A DNA stretch of 64,000 bases from Octopus vulgaris (GCA_951406725.2 OX597818.1:67084001-67148000); one strand, 5' to 3'. Counted from the stretch's first letter, positions 13,412 to 27,586 are shown. The notes: generated by a model not told the origin, from the sequence alone. Numbers and translations: made by a program.

Positions 13412-14837
13412 GAGTATTAGAGCAACATTCCTTATACGCTTGTATTTCTGCTTAGATATACAAACCCCTGGATTATGTATGTAGACTATCTCCAAATTAT
13501 CTCTAAATATTCCGACAAATCAAATAGAAAAGAGGGTCCAAAATAATGATTCTCGACAAAGGAAAAGCATAATTTCAAACGTACATACAGCAGATTTGAA
13601 ACGATTTCCTTTCAGCTAGAAATAAAACATCATATATTTTCAACATTTTATGATATCTTTACATTTAAAAGTTAAAATAAGAAGAAAAATACAAACTAAA
13701 ATGCTAAAAAAAAAAGCGACATATATTTTAGATCTTCCAATTTTTTCACTTTATTTTCTTTCATTTCTTTAATGAAGTTTTCGATGTAGTTTTTAGTCTG
13801 TTAAATTTGTTGTCGTTATCTTCTTGTACGATTGGCTGAAATAATTGACAGAGTACATACCGCCAATGGCTAAATTGAAACGCAACTAAATTAGGTGATC
13901 CTTTTTAACTATATTTTTTCCCATTCTAACTGTTGACAGAAAGCCAGACACCATCTTATATACAATGTATTTCATTTACGTCGTTTTATATTTTCTTCTT
14001 CACATCGCCATCACATTTTTTTCTAATTTCTTCTATATAATTCTCTTTCTTAATCTTCTCTTCATTGTTTTTTATTCATTTTATTCCCTACATTTCTCTT
14101 AACTTCTTCATTCAATTCTTTTCACTCTTCATATTTATTGCTATGCGTGTCTATTGTTTCTCTGTTTATTCCTTTTCAATTTCTTTTAAAAATAATCGTT
14201 TTATCATTCTCTTCTTCAAATGTTATTTGATTTTAAATTCCACACCCCGTACCGTGTTTATTTTATTCTTCATCATGCATTTCTTTCCAGTTCGTATTCG
14301 TCACTTTCTTTAAATCGACTTCGACATTTCCAAAAATTATTTCTCATTCTTTTTCTTGAAAAAGTCACCGTGTCTTCTTTAATTCTCTTTTCTTAAATTA
14401 TCAGTACGTTCTCTTGTATTTTTATAGAAATATGATTTGTCTGACCTGTACTCATCGATATTTCTCTACCAGACTCTCAAACTATATTCCAATCCCAATA
14501 TTTCTTTTATTTTTCATTTCATCTAGTGTTTGTTTCTCAATTCAATCTCATGTTCCTTTCATTTGCTATTTTTTCAGCTATTTGCTGTTTATTTTAAACC
14601 CGGCAAAGTTTCCTTGTATGCTTAACTATTTCGATCGCCATGTTCTACATAGTTTCCCAGACACATTTGCTATTATATTTCAGATTTCGTAATTATCTTC
14701 AATATATCCTGTTTCACCTTGTGCTGCTTCTTCATCTTCATCTTGCACCTCATCCTTCTTCATTGCTTCTTCAAACTTGACAAGAATCGAGATTTAGGTC
14801 AGTAGTGTAGTGATAATAATAATAATGATGATAATAA

Positions 14838-14950
14838 TCCTTTCTAATGTAGCGACAATGTCTCACATTATGGGAGAAGGGACTAGTCGATTTTCACTGG
14901 TACTTAATTTATAGACCCCAACGTATGAAAGGTAATGTTGACCACGGCGA
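14838..14950 (-). mobile_element. Family B SINE 3' fragment with (ATT)n tail
   Basis: ctggtacttaatttatagaccccaacgtatgaaaggtaatgttgaccacggcg. Confidence 0.6.
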
Positions 14951-14967
14951 ATAATAATAATAATAAT

Positions 14968-15014
<47 letters not shown>

Positions 15015-15021
15015 TAAAAAC

Positions 15022-15079
<58 letters not shown>

Positions 15080-15089
15080 TTAATAATAC

Positions 15090-16262
15090 AAAACCACCAC
15101 AATCGGACTGGCCAAATACCTTGAAGCAACCAACGATTGGATGCTAAGGCTTGTTGAAAAACATGAAAGACCGAAAAGCTTCACTCTATTCTGAAAGAGA
15201 GCAAAAAATTCACTACTGATCTTTTAGATACCCACCAGATTGATCAGGCTGAAGGAAATGCGCCAACTGCTGCTGCAAAGAAAATAAAGTTAATTGGAAA
15301 GACAAAAGCGCATGAAAAATTAGCTAGCAGATGGGAACTGAAAACTTTCCATACCAAGTATGTGGTCCGTAGCAAACAAACTGATGTCGACCAGAAACAC
15401 ACGCACCAATGGTTACGGATATCAGGGCTAAAAGCCGAGACTGAAGGTTTCATATTAGCTGCTCAAGACCAAAGCTTATTAACGCGGAAATACCAAGCCA
15501 ATGTGATAAAAATGGAGCTGACCCAAAATGCCGATTCCGTAAGGATGAAACTGAAAATATAGACCACCTAATCTCAGGGTGTAGAGTCTAAACACTTGTA
15601 GAATATAAAGCAAGACATGACAGAGTCGGCCAGTATTTCCAATGGACAATATGTCGGCATTATAAAGTCAAAACCGCTAACAAATGGTATAAACGCCATC
15701 CTGAAGCTGTGACTGAGGGGGAAAATGTGTCGATTCTCTGGGACTTCCGCGTACAGACCAAAAAGACTATAAAAGCTAATAAGCCGGATATTATTATAAA
15801 AGATTAGACAAAAAAGATGTGTTTATTAATTGACATGAGTATCCCTTGCGATCACAATATAGCAGCGAAAGAATTTGACAAGATTAGTAAATATAAAGAC
15901 TTACTAATAGGAACTGAAAAAAAGTGCCATCTCAAGGCGACTACAGTACCAGTGATTGTAGGTTCTCTGGGAATGATAAAAAAAAGTACCGAAACCTATT
16001 TGAAAATGATACCAGGCTTACCATCCCTACAGGAAGTACAAAAAATCGTATTAACTGGAATATCTTATGTACTGAGAAGAGCATTATAGCTGTGAAAACA
16101 ACATCCATTCAAGAATTTATTTATTTATTAATTTTTAAATACATATTTTATCAGTGAATTTGCGTGTGTAATCTGGGAATGCATACAATGAGCTTCTCTG
16201 CCCTAGGTGAACGGAAAACACTCGGTGGGACACGAAAGAATATCTGAAGAAAGAAGGAAAAA
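15090..16262 (+). mobile_element. 5'-truncated R4/Dong-clade LINE (zinc knuckle + restriction-like endonuclease), frameshifted
   Basis: WLRISGLKAETEGFILAAQDQSLLTRKY; CRF(R)KDETENIDHLISGC..YKARHD; KPDIIIKD..CLLIDMSIP..KYKDL..VPVIVGSLG..VLRRAL*; flanked by (AAT)n. Confidence 0.85.
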
Positions 16263-16287
16263 ATAATAATGATAATAACAATAATAC

Positions 16288-16610
16288 CCATGATGCCCAT
16301 TTGATTCCAAACTGTGAAGAAAAAGGGAGAAAATCAACGAAAATATTCCCTACAATTTGAAATAGGAAGAATTTGGAGATTGCGAACAGTAAAAGTCACA
16401 CCTATAATTATTGGTGCGTTGGAAACCGGAAGCCAAGATACATGGAAATGTCTGAAGTAGATTGAAATAAAAAGCCCGTTAGAGGGCCTAAACAATGCTT
16501 GTCTCCTAGGGACTGCAAGGATTATCAGTAGGGTCCTAAGAGTAGGTACCTAGAGTCACAGGTAGAAAACTGCTATCCACAGAATCCCTACCAGGAATAA
16601 GACAAACCAA

Positions 16611-16612
<2 letters not shown>
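16288..16612 (+). mobile_element. R4/Dong LINE 3' fragment, second subfamily
   Basis: LQFEIGRIWRLRTVKVTPIIIGALET...ACLLGTARIISRVL, followed by (AAT)n. Confidence 0.7.
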
Positions 16613-16668
<56 letters not shown>

Positions 16669-16697
16669 GTAAAAGCAATAAAAATAATAATATTAAA

Positions 16698-16795
<98 letters not shown>

Positions 16796-16878
16796 ATACT
16801 ATGAGTTTCTTTGCCCTAGGAGTCGGGAAGACACTCGGCAAGAAATGGAAGCAAATTTGAAAGAAGAAAAAAAAAGTA
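16796..16878 (+). mobile_element. ~80-bp R4/Dong 3' end
   Basis: Essentially identical to 17434-17516 (atactatgagtttctttgccctaggagtcgggaagacactcggcaag...), between (AAT)n tracts. Confidence 0.8.
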
Positions 16879-16911
16879 ATGATAATAATAATAATAATAA
16901 TATTATTATTA

Positions 16912-17513
16912 AAATATTACAATATCAAAACTGCCGACAAGTGGTATAATCACCACCCTGAGGCTGTAACTGAAGGAGAAAATGTAACCATTCTGTGGGA
17001 CTTTCCAGTACATACAGACCGAACCATCAATAAACCAGATATTGTTGTGAAAGACCAAAACAATAAAGTTTGCTTATTGATCGACATGAGCATCCCCTAT
17101 GATCATAATATCTCAGCGAAAGAGTTTGACAAGCTCAGAAAATATAAAGACCTACTCATTGAAATTGAGAAAATGTGGCATCTCAAGGCGGTTACAATAC
17201 CAGTGATCGTAGGAGCACTAGGAATGATCAAGAATGGAACCGAAAATTATATGAGAATGATCCCTGGCTTACCATCCCTGCAAGAAGTGCAAAAGATTGT
17301 CTTAACTGGTAAATCACACGTATTGAGAAGAGCATTGTCGATGTGAGAACTGTTGCTGCTCATGTATTTAAAAAAAAAAAAAAAAAAAAAAAATGAACGA
17401 ACTACTGAGTTTGGATTAATGGCCTACCAATGTATACTATGAGTTTCTTTGCCCTAGGAGTCGGGAAGACACTCGGCAAGAAATGGAAGCAAATTTGAAA
17501 GAAGAAAAAAAAA

Positions 17514-17516
<3 letters not shown>
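16912..17516 (+). mobile_element. R4/Dong LINE 3' end with open RLE-domain reading frame (to 17346)
   Basis: KWYNHHPEAVTEGENVTILWDFPVHTDRTINKPDIVVKD..CLLIDMSIP..KYKDL..IPVIVGALG..VLRRALSM*; 3' UTR; (AAT)n tail. Confidence 0.9.
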
Positions 17517-17557
<41 letters not shown>

Positions 17558-17559
<2 letters not shown>

Positions 17560-18240
17560 AGAGTATCTCAACAGGCATAATAGAGCTGCACAATATATTC
17601 GCTGGGTAATTTGAAGAAGTCTGGACTTGCCCCATGATAAAACTGGTGGGAACACAAACCACCTCCAGTGCTTGAAAATGAACACATCTCACTCCTCTGG
17701 AACTTCACCATTCAAACTGACAGAAAGATAGACGCGAATAGGCCAAACATCATAGTAAAAGTCTTCTGACAAAAACATGCCTCCTCATTGATATGACTGT
17801 CCCAATCGATATATACGTATCTGTCAAGACCTACCAGAAACTGAGCAAATATAAAGTTCTTGAATTAGAAATCAGAAAAATGTGGAACCTGAAGACTAAA
17901 ACAATACCCGTTGTCATAGGTACCCTGGGAATGATAGCAAAAGGGGCTGATTGCTACCTAACTCAGATACCAGGAAACCCCCAAAAGGCAGAAAGTCAAA
18001 AGATAGTGCCCATGGGAACTGCTCATATCCTACGCAAAATTCTTTCCTTGTAATCTCAAGTTTAAAACAAACATAATTTTCGTATGGTTTTTTAGGCATT
18101 CACTAGTACAACACAATGTACAAAAACAAATATATGGCAACCTAGGCATAACACGAACATGAACTTCCAACTTGTTGTCTCTTGAGGTCTCTGGGTGAGA
18201 CTTGGAGCCAGCTTGTGCAAATGTAAAGCAAAAGTCAAAC

Positions 18241-18243
<3 letters not shown>
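17558..18243 (+). mobile_element. R4/Dong LINE 3' end, third subfamily
   Basis: EYLNRHNRAAQYIRW..ISLLWNFTIQTDRKIDANRPNIIVK..LLIDMTVP..KYKVL..IPVVIGTLG..ILRKILSL*. Confidence 0.85.
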
Positions 18244-18300
<57 letters not shown>

Positions 18301-18321
18301 TAATAATAATAATAATAATAA

Positions 18322-18880
18322 ATGCCTTGATGCAGTACCAAGCAGTGGCTCTCATGGCTTCTGATCTGAACTGATTGGAAGTGCTATCATGTGCATTGTT
18401 TTGTCTTGGTATAAAAGATGGGCTAGAGCAAATATTCTGCTCAATACCAGAGATTTGCTTGTCAGTTGTTTGACCTTAACCAGTTGAGCATGTCCCTTAT
18501 TGGCTGACATAATGTGCATCACTGATCACGAGCAGAAGTAGTGGGGGAGCATCATAGCCGTGTGTTGAGAGGAATTCTTTGGGGTTTGAATAATTCACCT
18601 CTGGAAATATGGGTGTTGCATTCAACATCCTTAAATAACCCTTATTCAGGGACCTTTTGAGCGGGATGGGCCACTCGATCAGAAGAAAATTCCAATTGGA
18701 CTCCACCTGCAAGATCATGTGCTGTTTATCCTGATATGAGATGACCATGTCACGCACATATGGTTGTGATGCATGTGCCTAGCGTGCCGTTATCAGACGG
18801 GTAGTCATGATGGGTATACTGGGCTTCGTGTATTTTACTCCGGTGTCACTTTGATGGCATGTACTGCTCTCTCACTCAAT
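18322..18880 (+). mobile_element. ~560-bp non-coding (AAT)n-embedded interspersed repeat
   Basis: Flanked by (AAT)n on both sides; a diverged reverse-complement copy lies at 54095-54480. Confidence 0.7.
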
Positions 18881-19163
18881 AATAATAATAACAATATTGA
18901 TAAAAGCAATAATAATAATAATGATAATAATAATAATAATTAAAAAAATAATTATAATAATAAAAATAACAAAAATAATAATATTGCAATGTTGTAGGTT
19001 GTTGTGGAGTTTCAAATAACCTGCCTCTATTGGGGAATTATACATTGTTAGATCTTTTTAGGCACGAAGTATCCCTCGAGTGTATTTACTCGGACCGCCC
19101 CCAGTATTTATTTGAAACTTACTGGTGAGTAAAGAACCCGTTGTTTTTCAGTTCGTTTGAGGA

Positions 19164-19254
<91 letters not shown>

Positions 19255-19324
19255 TGGTAGTATGAAGAAACATTTTACTGCATAATCTGCAGCACCTCTG
19301 TACTGCTGGGGTGCATGCAGCATT

Positions 19325-19464
19325 ATATGTTTTCTTTTTCTGTTTCCGTTTACCAAATCGAGTCACAAGTTCTTGGTCGGCCCAAGACTATAGCAGAAGA
19401 TATTTGCCTAAGGTAACAGGCAGTGGGACTGAAACCGGAACCATGAGCTCGGTAAGCAAGCTTC
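19325..19464 (-). mobile_element. Family A SINE, 5' part
   Basis: ttggtcggcccaagactatagcagaagatatttgcctaagg...gcagtgggactgaaaccggaaccatg. Confidence 0.7.
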
Positions 19465-19697
19465 TTATTTCTTTATTACCTACAAGGGGCTAAACACAGA
19501 GAGCAAAAACAAGAACAGACAAATGGATTAAATCGATTATATCGACCCCGGTGCGTAACTGGTACTTAATTTATCGACCCCGAAAGGATGAAAGGCAAAG
19601 TGGACCACAGCGGAATTTGAACTTAGAACGTAGCGGCAGAAGAAATATGGCTACTGATTTCGGCCAGCGTGCTAACGTTTCTGCCAGTTCGCCGCCT
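19465..19697 (-). mobile_element. Family B SINE monomer
   Basis: Minus head ggcggcgaactggcagaaacgttagcacg..gttcaaattccg; core ggtacttaatttatcgaccccgaaaggatgaaaggcaaagt. Confidence 0.85.
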
Positions 19698-19818
19698 TAT
19701 GCTCCTTACCAATCAGTCACGCTGGCGCCTATATATACATACATATGTGTGTATGTCTACATCCATACATATTCTCTAATTATACATGCATACAAACAGT
19801 TATACACACACACACACA

Positions 19819-19864
<46 letters not shown>

Positions 19865-21159
19865 CGCTTGCCTTTGTAGGTATACATGAAAGAAAAGTAA
19901 ACTATCTGTGTTTTGAATAAGGGTGACTGTAACGAGTACCTATGGGTATTGGAAGAAATGAAAGACAAGAAAAGGTGAGAATGAGTATCTGAGAAGAATA
20001 AATTATACTTTCGTTCCTGGATTCTTTGATTACAGTATGACATGGAATGGAATTTATCTCCGTTGCTTTCTATACATTTGGAATCTGTGTATACAGGGTC
20101 TTATCTACCATCTATTAGAACACACCTGAATAGCATTCTGATGTCAGCCCTCACAGAATGAGCAATCCATCATATTTGTTTCGCAATTACCACACTTCTA
20201 ACATTTAGTCGTCCACTTTTTCAAGCGTGTATTTTACAGCTCTATTCTCTTGAAGATGGCACAGCGTTACGTAAAAGGATCTTGTGTTGATGGAATTAAC
20301 CGGACAGATAATAGCTTGCTAATGATGTCATTAACCAAATTACCGCATCGGCTCGATACGGCGATGTAATATCCAAATAAACGTACAAGACCAACAATCA
20401 AATCTTTCAGGTGTAGGTGTGTTATTGTGTTAGTTGCACGAAAATTGTCTTATAAAAGTACGTTGTAAAAAAATGCTTCTCACACAAAAGGAAAGAAAAA
20501 ATTTCGTGGAGAATCCCACCGCAATTTTAATTTAATAGGAAAAGATTATATCAGTCATTGAAAAAACGTCTCATGAATATAAATTGCTTGTATGTATTTA
20601 TTATTTTTCTCTCCCAGCGTTTCTTTATGTTCATTTCTTATAATTCTGCAGTTTAGCTGATAACTAATACCCTTCCGTTGTTGTTGTTCTACTAAAATGT
20701 TCCAGACAGTTATGTAAATTGAAAAGATTATACATTAAAGTGCATTTCTCTGTTAGTAATTTCAATAAACTTTTTTTCTGATACCGGTCTATACATGACA
20801 CAATGTTATATTATTGAATATACGCGAAATTAATGTCTCTTTTGAGCTTACAAATATATTAAGGAATCAAACGTGCATATACAAATATATACACACCTCT
20901 CAGTGGCTATTATAGATATATTCATAAAGATAATGTATATGTGGGAATATATGAATGAAAAGATATTTAGAAATGTATGCAGATGTGCATGTACGTATGC
21001 GGCCATGCATTAGTGTATGTTTATGTACATCTTTGAGTATGGCGTCACTCTTTTTCTTTCTTCCTAGCTCTTCTGTGTTTTTGTAGGTCTATGTATACAT
21101 TTATGTGTGTGTATGTGTTTCTGTGTATAAAAGTATCTATCTAAATAAATACATGCATT

Positions 21160-21185
21160 TATCTATCCATCTATCCATTGTTCAT

Positions 21186-21263
<78 letters not shown>

Positions 21264-21375
21264 CATTATTCCATCTAATTATCTTTCTATCTATCTATCC
21301 ATATTATCTATCTATCTATTTAACTATCTATCTATCTGCCTATCTATCCATACATCTGTTTATCTATCTATCCAT
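21160..21375. repeat. (TATC)n microsatellite
   Basis: Tandem atct units. Confidence 0.9.
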
Positions 21376-21448
21376 CTAACTAAGAATATATATATATAGG
21401 TGAGAAAGTTGGTGTGTGAAAGGACGTGGTTGAATATATAGAAAATAG

Positions 21449-21513
<65 letters not shown>

Positions 21514-21729
21514 TGTTGCGTATGGCACGTTGTATGTATGAACGTGCGTACATATCTAGACGTGTTCGCACAGAGAAATAATGTCATGTTGATATAAATG
21601 ACTTATTCCCTCATTTTACATGATATATTCCTCTCAGTTGACTGGAAAAAGTCAAAACCATCTGTTTTCCTTCGCATATACAATTTTAAAATGCACATAA
21701 ATATTAGTAAATAAACAAACAAGTAATTC

Positions 21730-21860
21730 ACACGCATACACACACACACACAAGCACACACATATATATATATATATACATACATATATATATGTATGCA
21801 TATATGTGTGTTTGTATATATGTGTGTGTTTGTTTGTATCTATATATGTGTGTGTATATG

Positions 21861-21914
<54 letters not shown>

Positions 21915-22055
21915 TATGTATGTATATATATATATGTGTATATATATATGTATATATATATATATGTATGTATATATATATATATATATGTATATATATA
22001 CATGTATATATATATATATATGTATATATATAAATATGTATATATATATATGTGT
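21730..22055. repeat. Compound (CA)/(TA)/(TG) microsatellite
   Basis: Directly visible; source of many spurious IY-rich ORFs. Confidence 0.9.
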
Positions 22056-23115
22056 GAGAAAATTACATGAATACATAGGAAAATACGAGAAAGCATAAAA
22101 CAATATGCTTCATGATAATATATTTATTGAACAGAGAAACAAATGAAATTTCTTGAAACCATTTTTTTTAAAGTCAGAAGCACATTAATCCATTTGATTT
22201 TGTCTATTTTGGTGACAAATAAATCTTATTGCGCTATTGAAACACGTCACATTCCATCACCTTCTACATAACAGCAGAACATTAAGACAAATGTAAAAAG
22301 AAATGGGATCGCATAATTTCAATGCATCGCTTCAAACATAAAACGACAAATATATAGAGGAATATGATTGTGTAAAGGAAAACGTCTTCTATGTCAATTA
22401 CAGAGTGATTGCAATATTGCATTTGACATATTCAATATAAAACTGCTGAGAAGAGATGAGAAGAGTAAGTCACTGAAAATGAAAGTAAAGACATGAATAA
22501 ATAACAAAGAACAAAAACATGTGGTCGAAAAACGCCTGAATAAGAACAAGTACAACTACAAGACGAAGATCATAAAATAATATTGAAAAATATAAAATTC
22601 GTAGAAATCACACAATCTATTTCCCCCAGCAACAATTTCAAGGACGACGTATCTTGCTGTCCGATTTTAACGGTTATCTGTGGAATTCGCCTGAATTAAC
22701 ATTTATCTTAGTTATATAGCAAATGCATGGGGAAACTTCAAGATAAATGTGTCAATTTAAATAAGTTGATACGGAAACATACACACAAACAAACAAACAC
22801 ACACATACACACACAGACACGTACATCACATTTATATAGATACCTATGTGTGTGTGTGTGTGTAAAATGTATATTTTTGCGTTAGGTATTTCATGTAAGT
22901 AAGAGTATGCCAATTATTGATACACACACATATATGTATATATATATATATATGCCTAATTTCAACATTTGATCCATGCTTGTGTTTTTGCATACATATA
23001 TAATGCATGATTGTATGTATGTCCTGGATACATGTATGCCTGTGTGTATACGCATGTACACAAAACAGATCGCAGCGTAGTTAATACTCACACACACACA
23101 TACACACACACACAG

Positions 23116-23162
<47 letters not shown>

Positions 23163-23629
23163 ATGTGTGATCTAATGTATTCCTGTATACATGTATGCCA
23201 GAAGTTTTAAGCGCGTACCGAAAAAAAGATTGAAGCGTACTTAATGAAATTTATATAGCAAATCTTTAATTCAATTTATGGTTTTATATAATGCTCTACT
23301 TAGGCCATCACTTGATTTTACAGATATCTGCAGAAGTTGAAGCACTGATATTCATAGGGAATGGCTTTACATCAAAGCACTTCATCTTCGTTACACAACC
23401 ATGATGGAGTTTAACGTATATTTTTATAAATTTTCTTCATTTATTATTAGTCATATTTTTAAGGGAAAATACCAAAATACTTTAATAACAGTACTTTCGT
23501 ACTTTACAGGAGTATCAATCACTGTGTTTCATTCAAATTCAAAATTCAAAAGAGGATCACTCTTGGAGTAGGACCGAATTTGCATGTGTGTCTCTCTCTC
23601 TCTCTCTCTCTCTGTGCGAACAGGCGCGC

Positions 23630-23760
23630 GAAGGCGCATAGCCTGGTGATTAGGATATTGCACTCACGATAGCTAGATCACGGTTTCGATTCCCAGTCCT
23701 GGACGCCCGTTGAGCTTTTGAGCATAAAACTTAATTCAATTCTGCTCCACTACCATTTTG
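23630..23760 (+). mobile_element. Family C SINE head (diverged)
   Basis: gaaggcgcatagcctggtgattagg...ggtttcgattccc...ttgagcataaaact. Confidence 0.55.
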
Positions 23761-25869
23761 ATCAGGGGTAATGTAGGTATGTTATCCCAACTAACTGGGT
23801 GATGTCATTTGATCAATACAATGAACCACACCACGTCTTTGCCAGCGATGTGTAATAACATCCAATAATCCGACCAGCCACGTCATGTGATCTCGTGATG
23901 CATATAGTAACTCACATACACGCACACAAACACTCACACACACACACACACACACACATGTATCGACACAATCATTTTTCCTGTTTTTTACGTATAGTCG
24001 TTATACTTTTGAAAAAACTATAATACATTATTGTTCACGAAATTTACACTCATAATTATTAATAGTTGAAATCATTGAACATATTACGAAGATAAAAAAA
24101 GAGGTGATTGAGTGTGATCAATATAAGACATGTTGAAAATAGATCGATTCCGCTATAATTATTGTGTTTTCGTTATTGGATCACAACGTATAACTCTATT
24201 AACGTGAATGGTAAAAATACAATTGATGTGGAGCATTCGTATCTGATGCTTATACTGGTGTAAGAAAAATAATGCAGGATTCACTTATTTCAATTTAAAT
24301 GAAATCATGAAAATTTTCTAGCATTTTTTTGCCTTGCATATTTTTAGAGAAAGTTACATTAAACGTAATCTTTTTGGTTTTGTCTTTTGGTCGTTTGTGT
24401 TACAGTCCCCTTTCTTTTAAATCACTGTGCCATCACTGATCGGCTGATAAAATACACTGATTTCCATTTAGCCGTACTCGTGTTTTTCATAACAGATAGC
24501 TACTGTGTCAAACATTTTAATGTATATATAAGTAACATCTTTGAATATTTGTATGTATTTTTCCTTCACAAAATGAATGCTATTTGCTTTTCGCTTCACT
24601 GACGGTTGTGATCTTGATATGAATTAAATTAAACAACCTGAAGTGCTATTTGAGTAAAGAATATTTGACTAGTTAATATTTTGTTATGCTTTGTACCCTT
24701 TTAATACTCAGTAATGTTAAAATATTACAAATTATCTCCCTTAAATACGATCAAGTTTTGATGTCCGATTCGTGAATATAATGAAAGACAAAAAGTCTTT
24801 TGTTGCCATGTCTCTCTTTTTTCCCCTTGTTCACGTATGAAGAATGGCAGCAACATCAATAAAAATGTGAAAATGTGAAATGGAGTTACAATATGTAGGA
24901 GAGGAAACTCTATACCTGTTCTGATTAAAAGATTTCTCCAAGAATATCAATTCAGCATAGATCGACCATATTTGCATTAAATATTACATCCTGCTCCGTC
25001 CTTCAATTTTGAAATGAATCAATTGATCTTCATTTTACTTCGCTATTTCTTCTGATGATGCAAAAAGAAATGCTGTGACATTTATGCGATTGAGTATAGA
25101 AAAAAAAGGATCCTAATGCAATTTTCTAGCGTTTACATACATAAGGTACTTAAATCGGAAACTTTTCCAGATATGGAAATTATGTTCTATAACTGCAAAC
25201 CTTTTTGAATTAAATTCCTTTGCAGTTATAGAAATGATTAAATATGAATGGAATTAAGTCGTCCTCAAATATTAATGCAATGATTATTACTCGCTTGGAA
25301 TATTTTTAAGGAAATAAAATACATCCCTTAAAATTCATGGAAATGAAACACGGTGTATGGAAATAAATATTTTATGTATAGAATTAATATTATGTATATT
25401 CTCAAAGAATCTTTAGATGTAACACAATTGAACATGGTGTATGGTAATGTATTTATTGAAATGTCATTGAATCTACAATTTTTAACATTTCTTTACATCT
25501 CTATATACAATTACATATGTATATACACATACATCTTTTGCTTGCATCCCTTATTTGTTGCAGTCATAAGGCAAAGGCCATGTTGGAGCATCACCTTACA
25601 GAATTTTAGTCGAATGAAACAACCGTAGTATGTATTCTTTTGAAGCATGGTAGCTACCTAGCCGGGTACATTTGCTAAACAGTTAGGACGTAAACACACG
25701 AACACCAAGTGGTGGTAACGAACAATATACAACCGGCTTCTTTCAGTTTCTATCTAGCGAATTCCCCCACAAAACGTTGAATGGCCCCGCGTATATAATA
25801 CAAGACATTTGGCCAAATACCATGCAGGAACCTACGAAGCAGAGGAAAAGAAAAAAAAAACCCTTCCTC

Positions 25870-26100
25870 ATTTCTTTATTGCCCACAAGGGGCTAAACAT
25901 ACAGGGGAAAAACAAGGACAGACAAACAGATTAAGTCGATTGCATCGAACCCCAGTGCGTAACTGGTACTTAATTTATCGACCCCGAAAGGATGAAAGGC
26001 AAAGTCGACCTCGGCGGAATTTGAGCTCAGAACGTAACGGCAGATGAAATACCGCTAAGCATTTCACCCGGCCTGCTAACGTTTCTGCCAGCTCGCCGCT
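25870..26100 (-). mobile_element. Family B SINE monomer
   Basis: Well-preserved copy from tttctttattgcccacaaggggc to gtttctgccagctcgccgc. Confidence 0.9.
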
Positions 26101-26104
26101 TTCC

Positions 26105-26422
26105 GTCAAGAACATGGGTTTACACCTAGAAAGCTCCCACCCGATGCACAAGTCTGGGCAAGGTTGTTTATGGAAGGCCAACAGTCGGCCATATGTAACA
26201 GCCTCCTCGCTCTACTCCACAGTATTTATCCAATGAAACAACAATGGTAGATACAGCTTGGCACCAGTTAGATCGTAACCCATTTCTATAGCTAAGTGAA
26301 CTGGACCAACGTGAAATGAAGTGTCTTGCTTAAGAACACAACACACAGCCCGGTCCAGGAATCGAACTCACGACCTCACATTCGTAACCTCGACGCTATA
26401 GCCACTGAGCCATGCGCCTTCA
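26105..26422 (-). mobile_element. Family C-related SINE
   Basis: Minus head gaaggcgcatggctcagtggctatagcg..gtgagttcgattccc; homologous to 63247-63500. Confidence 0.8.
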
Positions 26423-27285
26423 ATAACTTACGAAGCAAGCGACATAATAAACAAACACGCCTGCTCTTTAACATACTGTCACGACCTCTAAGTACGGGGA
26501 CATAACCAAACAATCACAGAGGAAATCACACATGTTGGGGAGCAATCATAGACACGAGAAGTCTCACAAAAATATTTACATATATTTATACAACGGGAAT
26601 TTTTCAGTTTCCCTCTACCAAATCTATTCCGATTGTTTTGGTTGAGCCGGGATTATGTTAATGTGATTGAAACGATTTTATGTATGGGTCTGAGCAGCCA
26701 AATGGTAAAGCTACAAAATACTAAAGTAATGTAAATTATGTTATATCGCTACATTTGTCATTCATGGTAACATATTTGTCATAAAAAGGAAGTATGTTTA
26801 CTGGAGTATAAAAACACTTGAAATACTGCATTTTACCAAAAGTTATACAAACGAAACATGATAGAAGTATTAAAATTTGAGACAAGTTACGTTATTTTTT
26901 TACCTGTTTATCCTTTAATCCTTTCTGTCATTAGATTGCAACCAAGCTGGAGCACTGCCTGGAAGAATATTTTAGTCGAATGTTTCAACCACAGGGGGAA
27001 ATGGCGGAGCAAACAGGGGAATTTTATTAGAAAAAGGTTTTAATCGATCTTCTCGGTAACTATGGGGGCTAGGAAAAATTACAATCTGCACCCTAATGTA
27101 TACACACGTCTCCACATGTGTGTCTTTTTTCACGCAACTCCACCCAGACGTTTGGCTGTGAACCTCAAGACAATAAAGATTACAACGATCGCCCATGTCC
27201 AATTTATATTATAGATATGTAAATGTATATATTATATATATATATATATAGAGAGAGATAGATAGATAGATAGATAGATAGATAT

Positions 27286-27345
<60 letters not shown>

Positions 27346-27529
27346 ATGAAAGAATGGAGTCGAACGACGATTTTACAAAATTCCTTTATTCTCGACATAT
27401 GTTTCGAAGACTGCATATTCTTAATTCCTTGGCATGTAGCTTCAACCGTGCTTTCTGACGTAAATTTGCTACCCGGGTATCGGTTACCCGAATTATCCAT
27501 ACTAGAATAATTCATTCAACTACTTAAAC

Positions 27530-27586
<57 letters not shown>

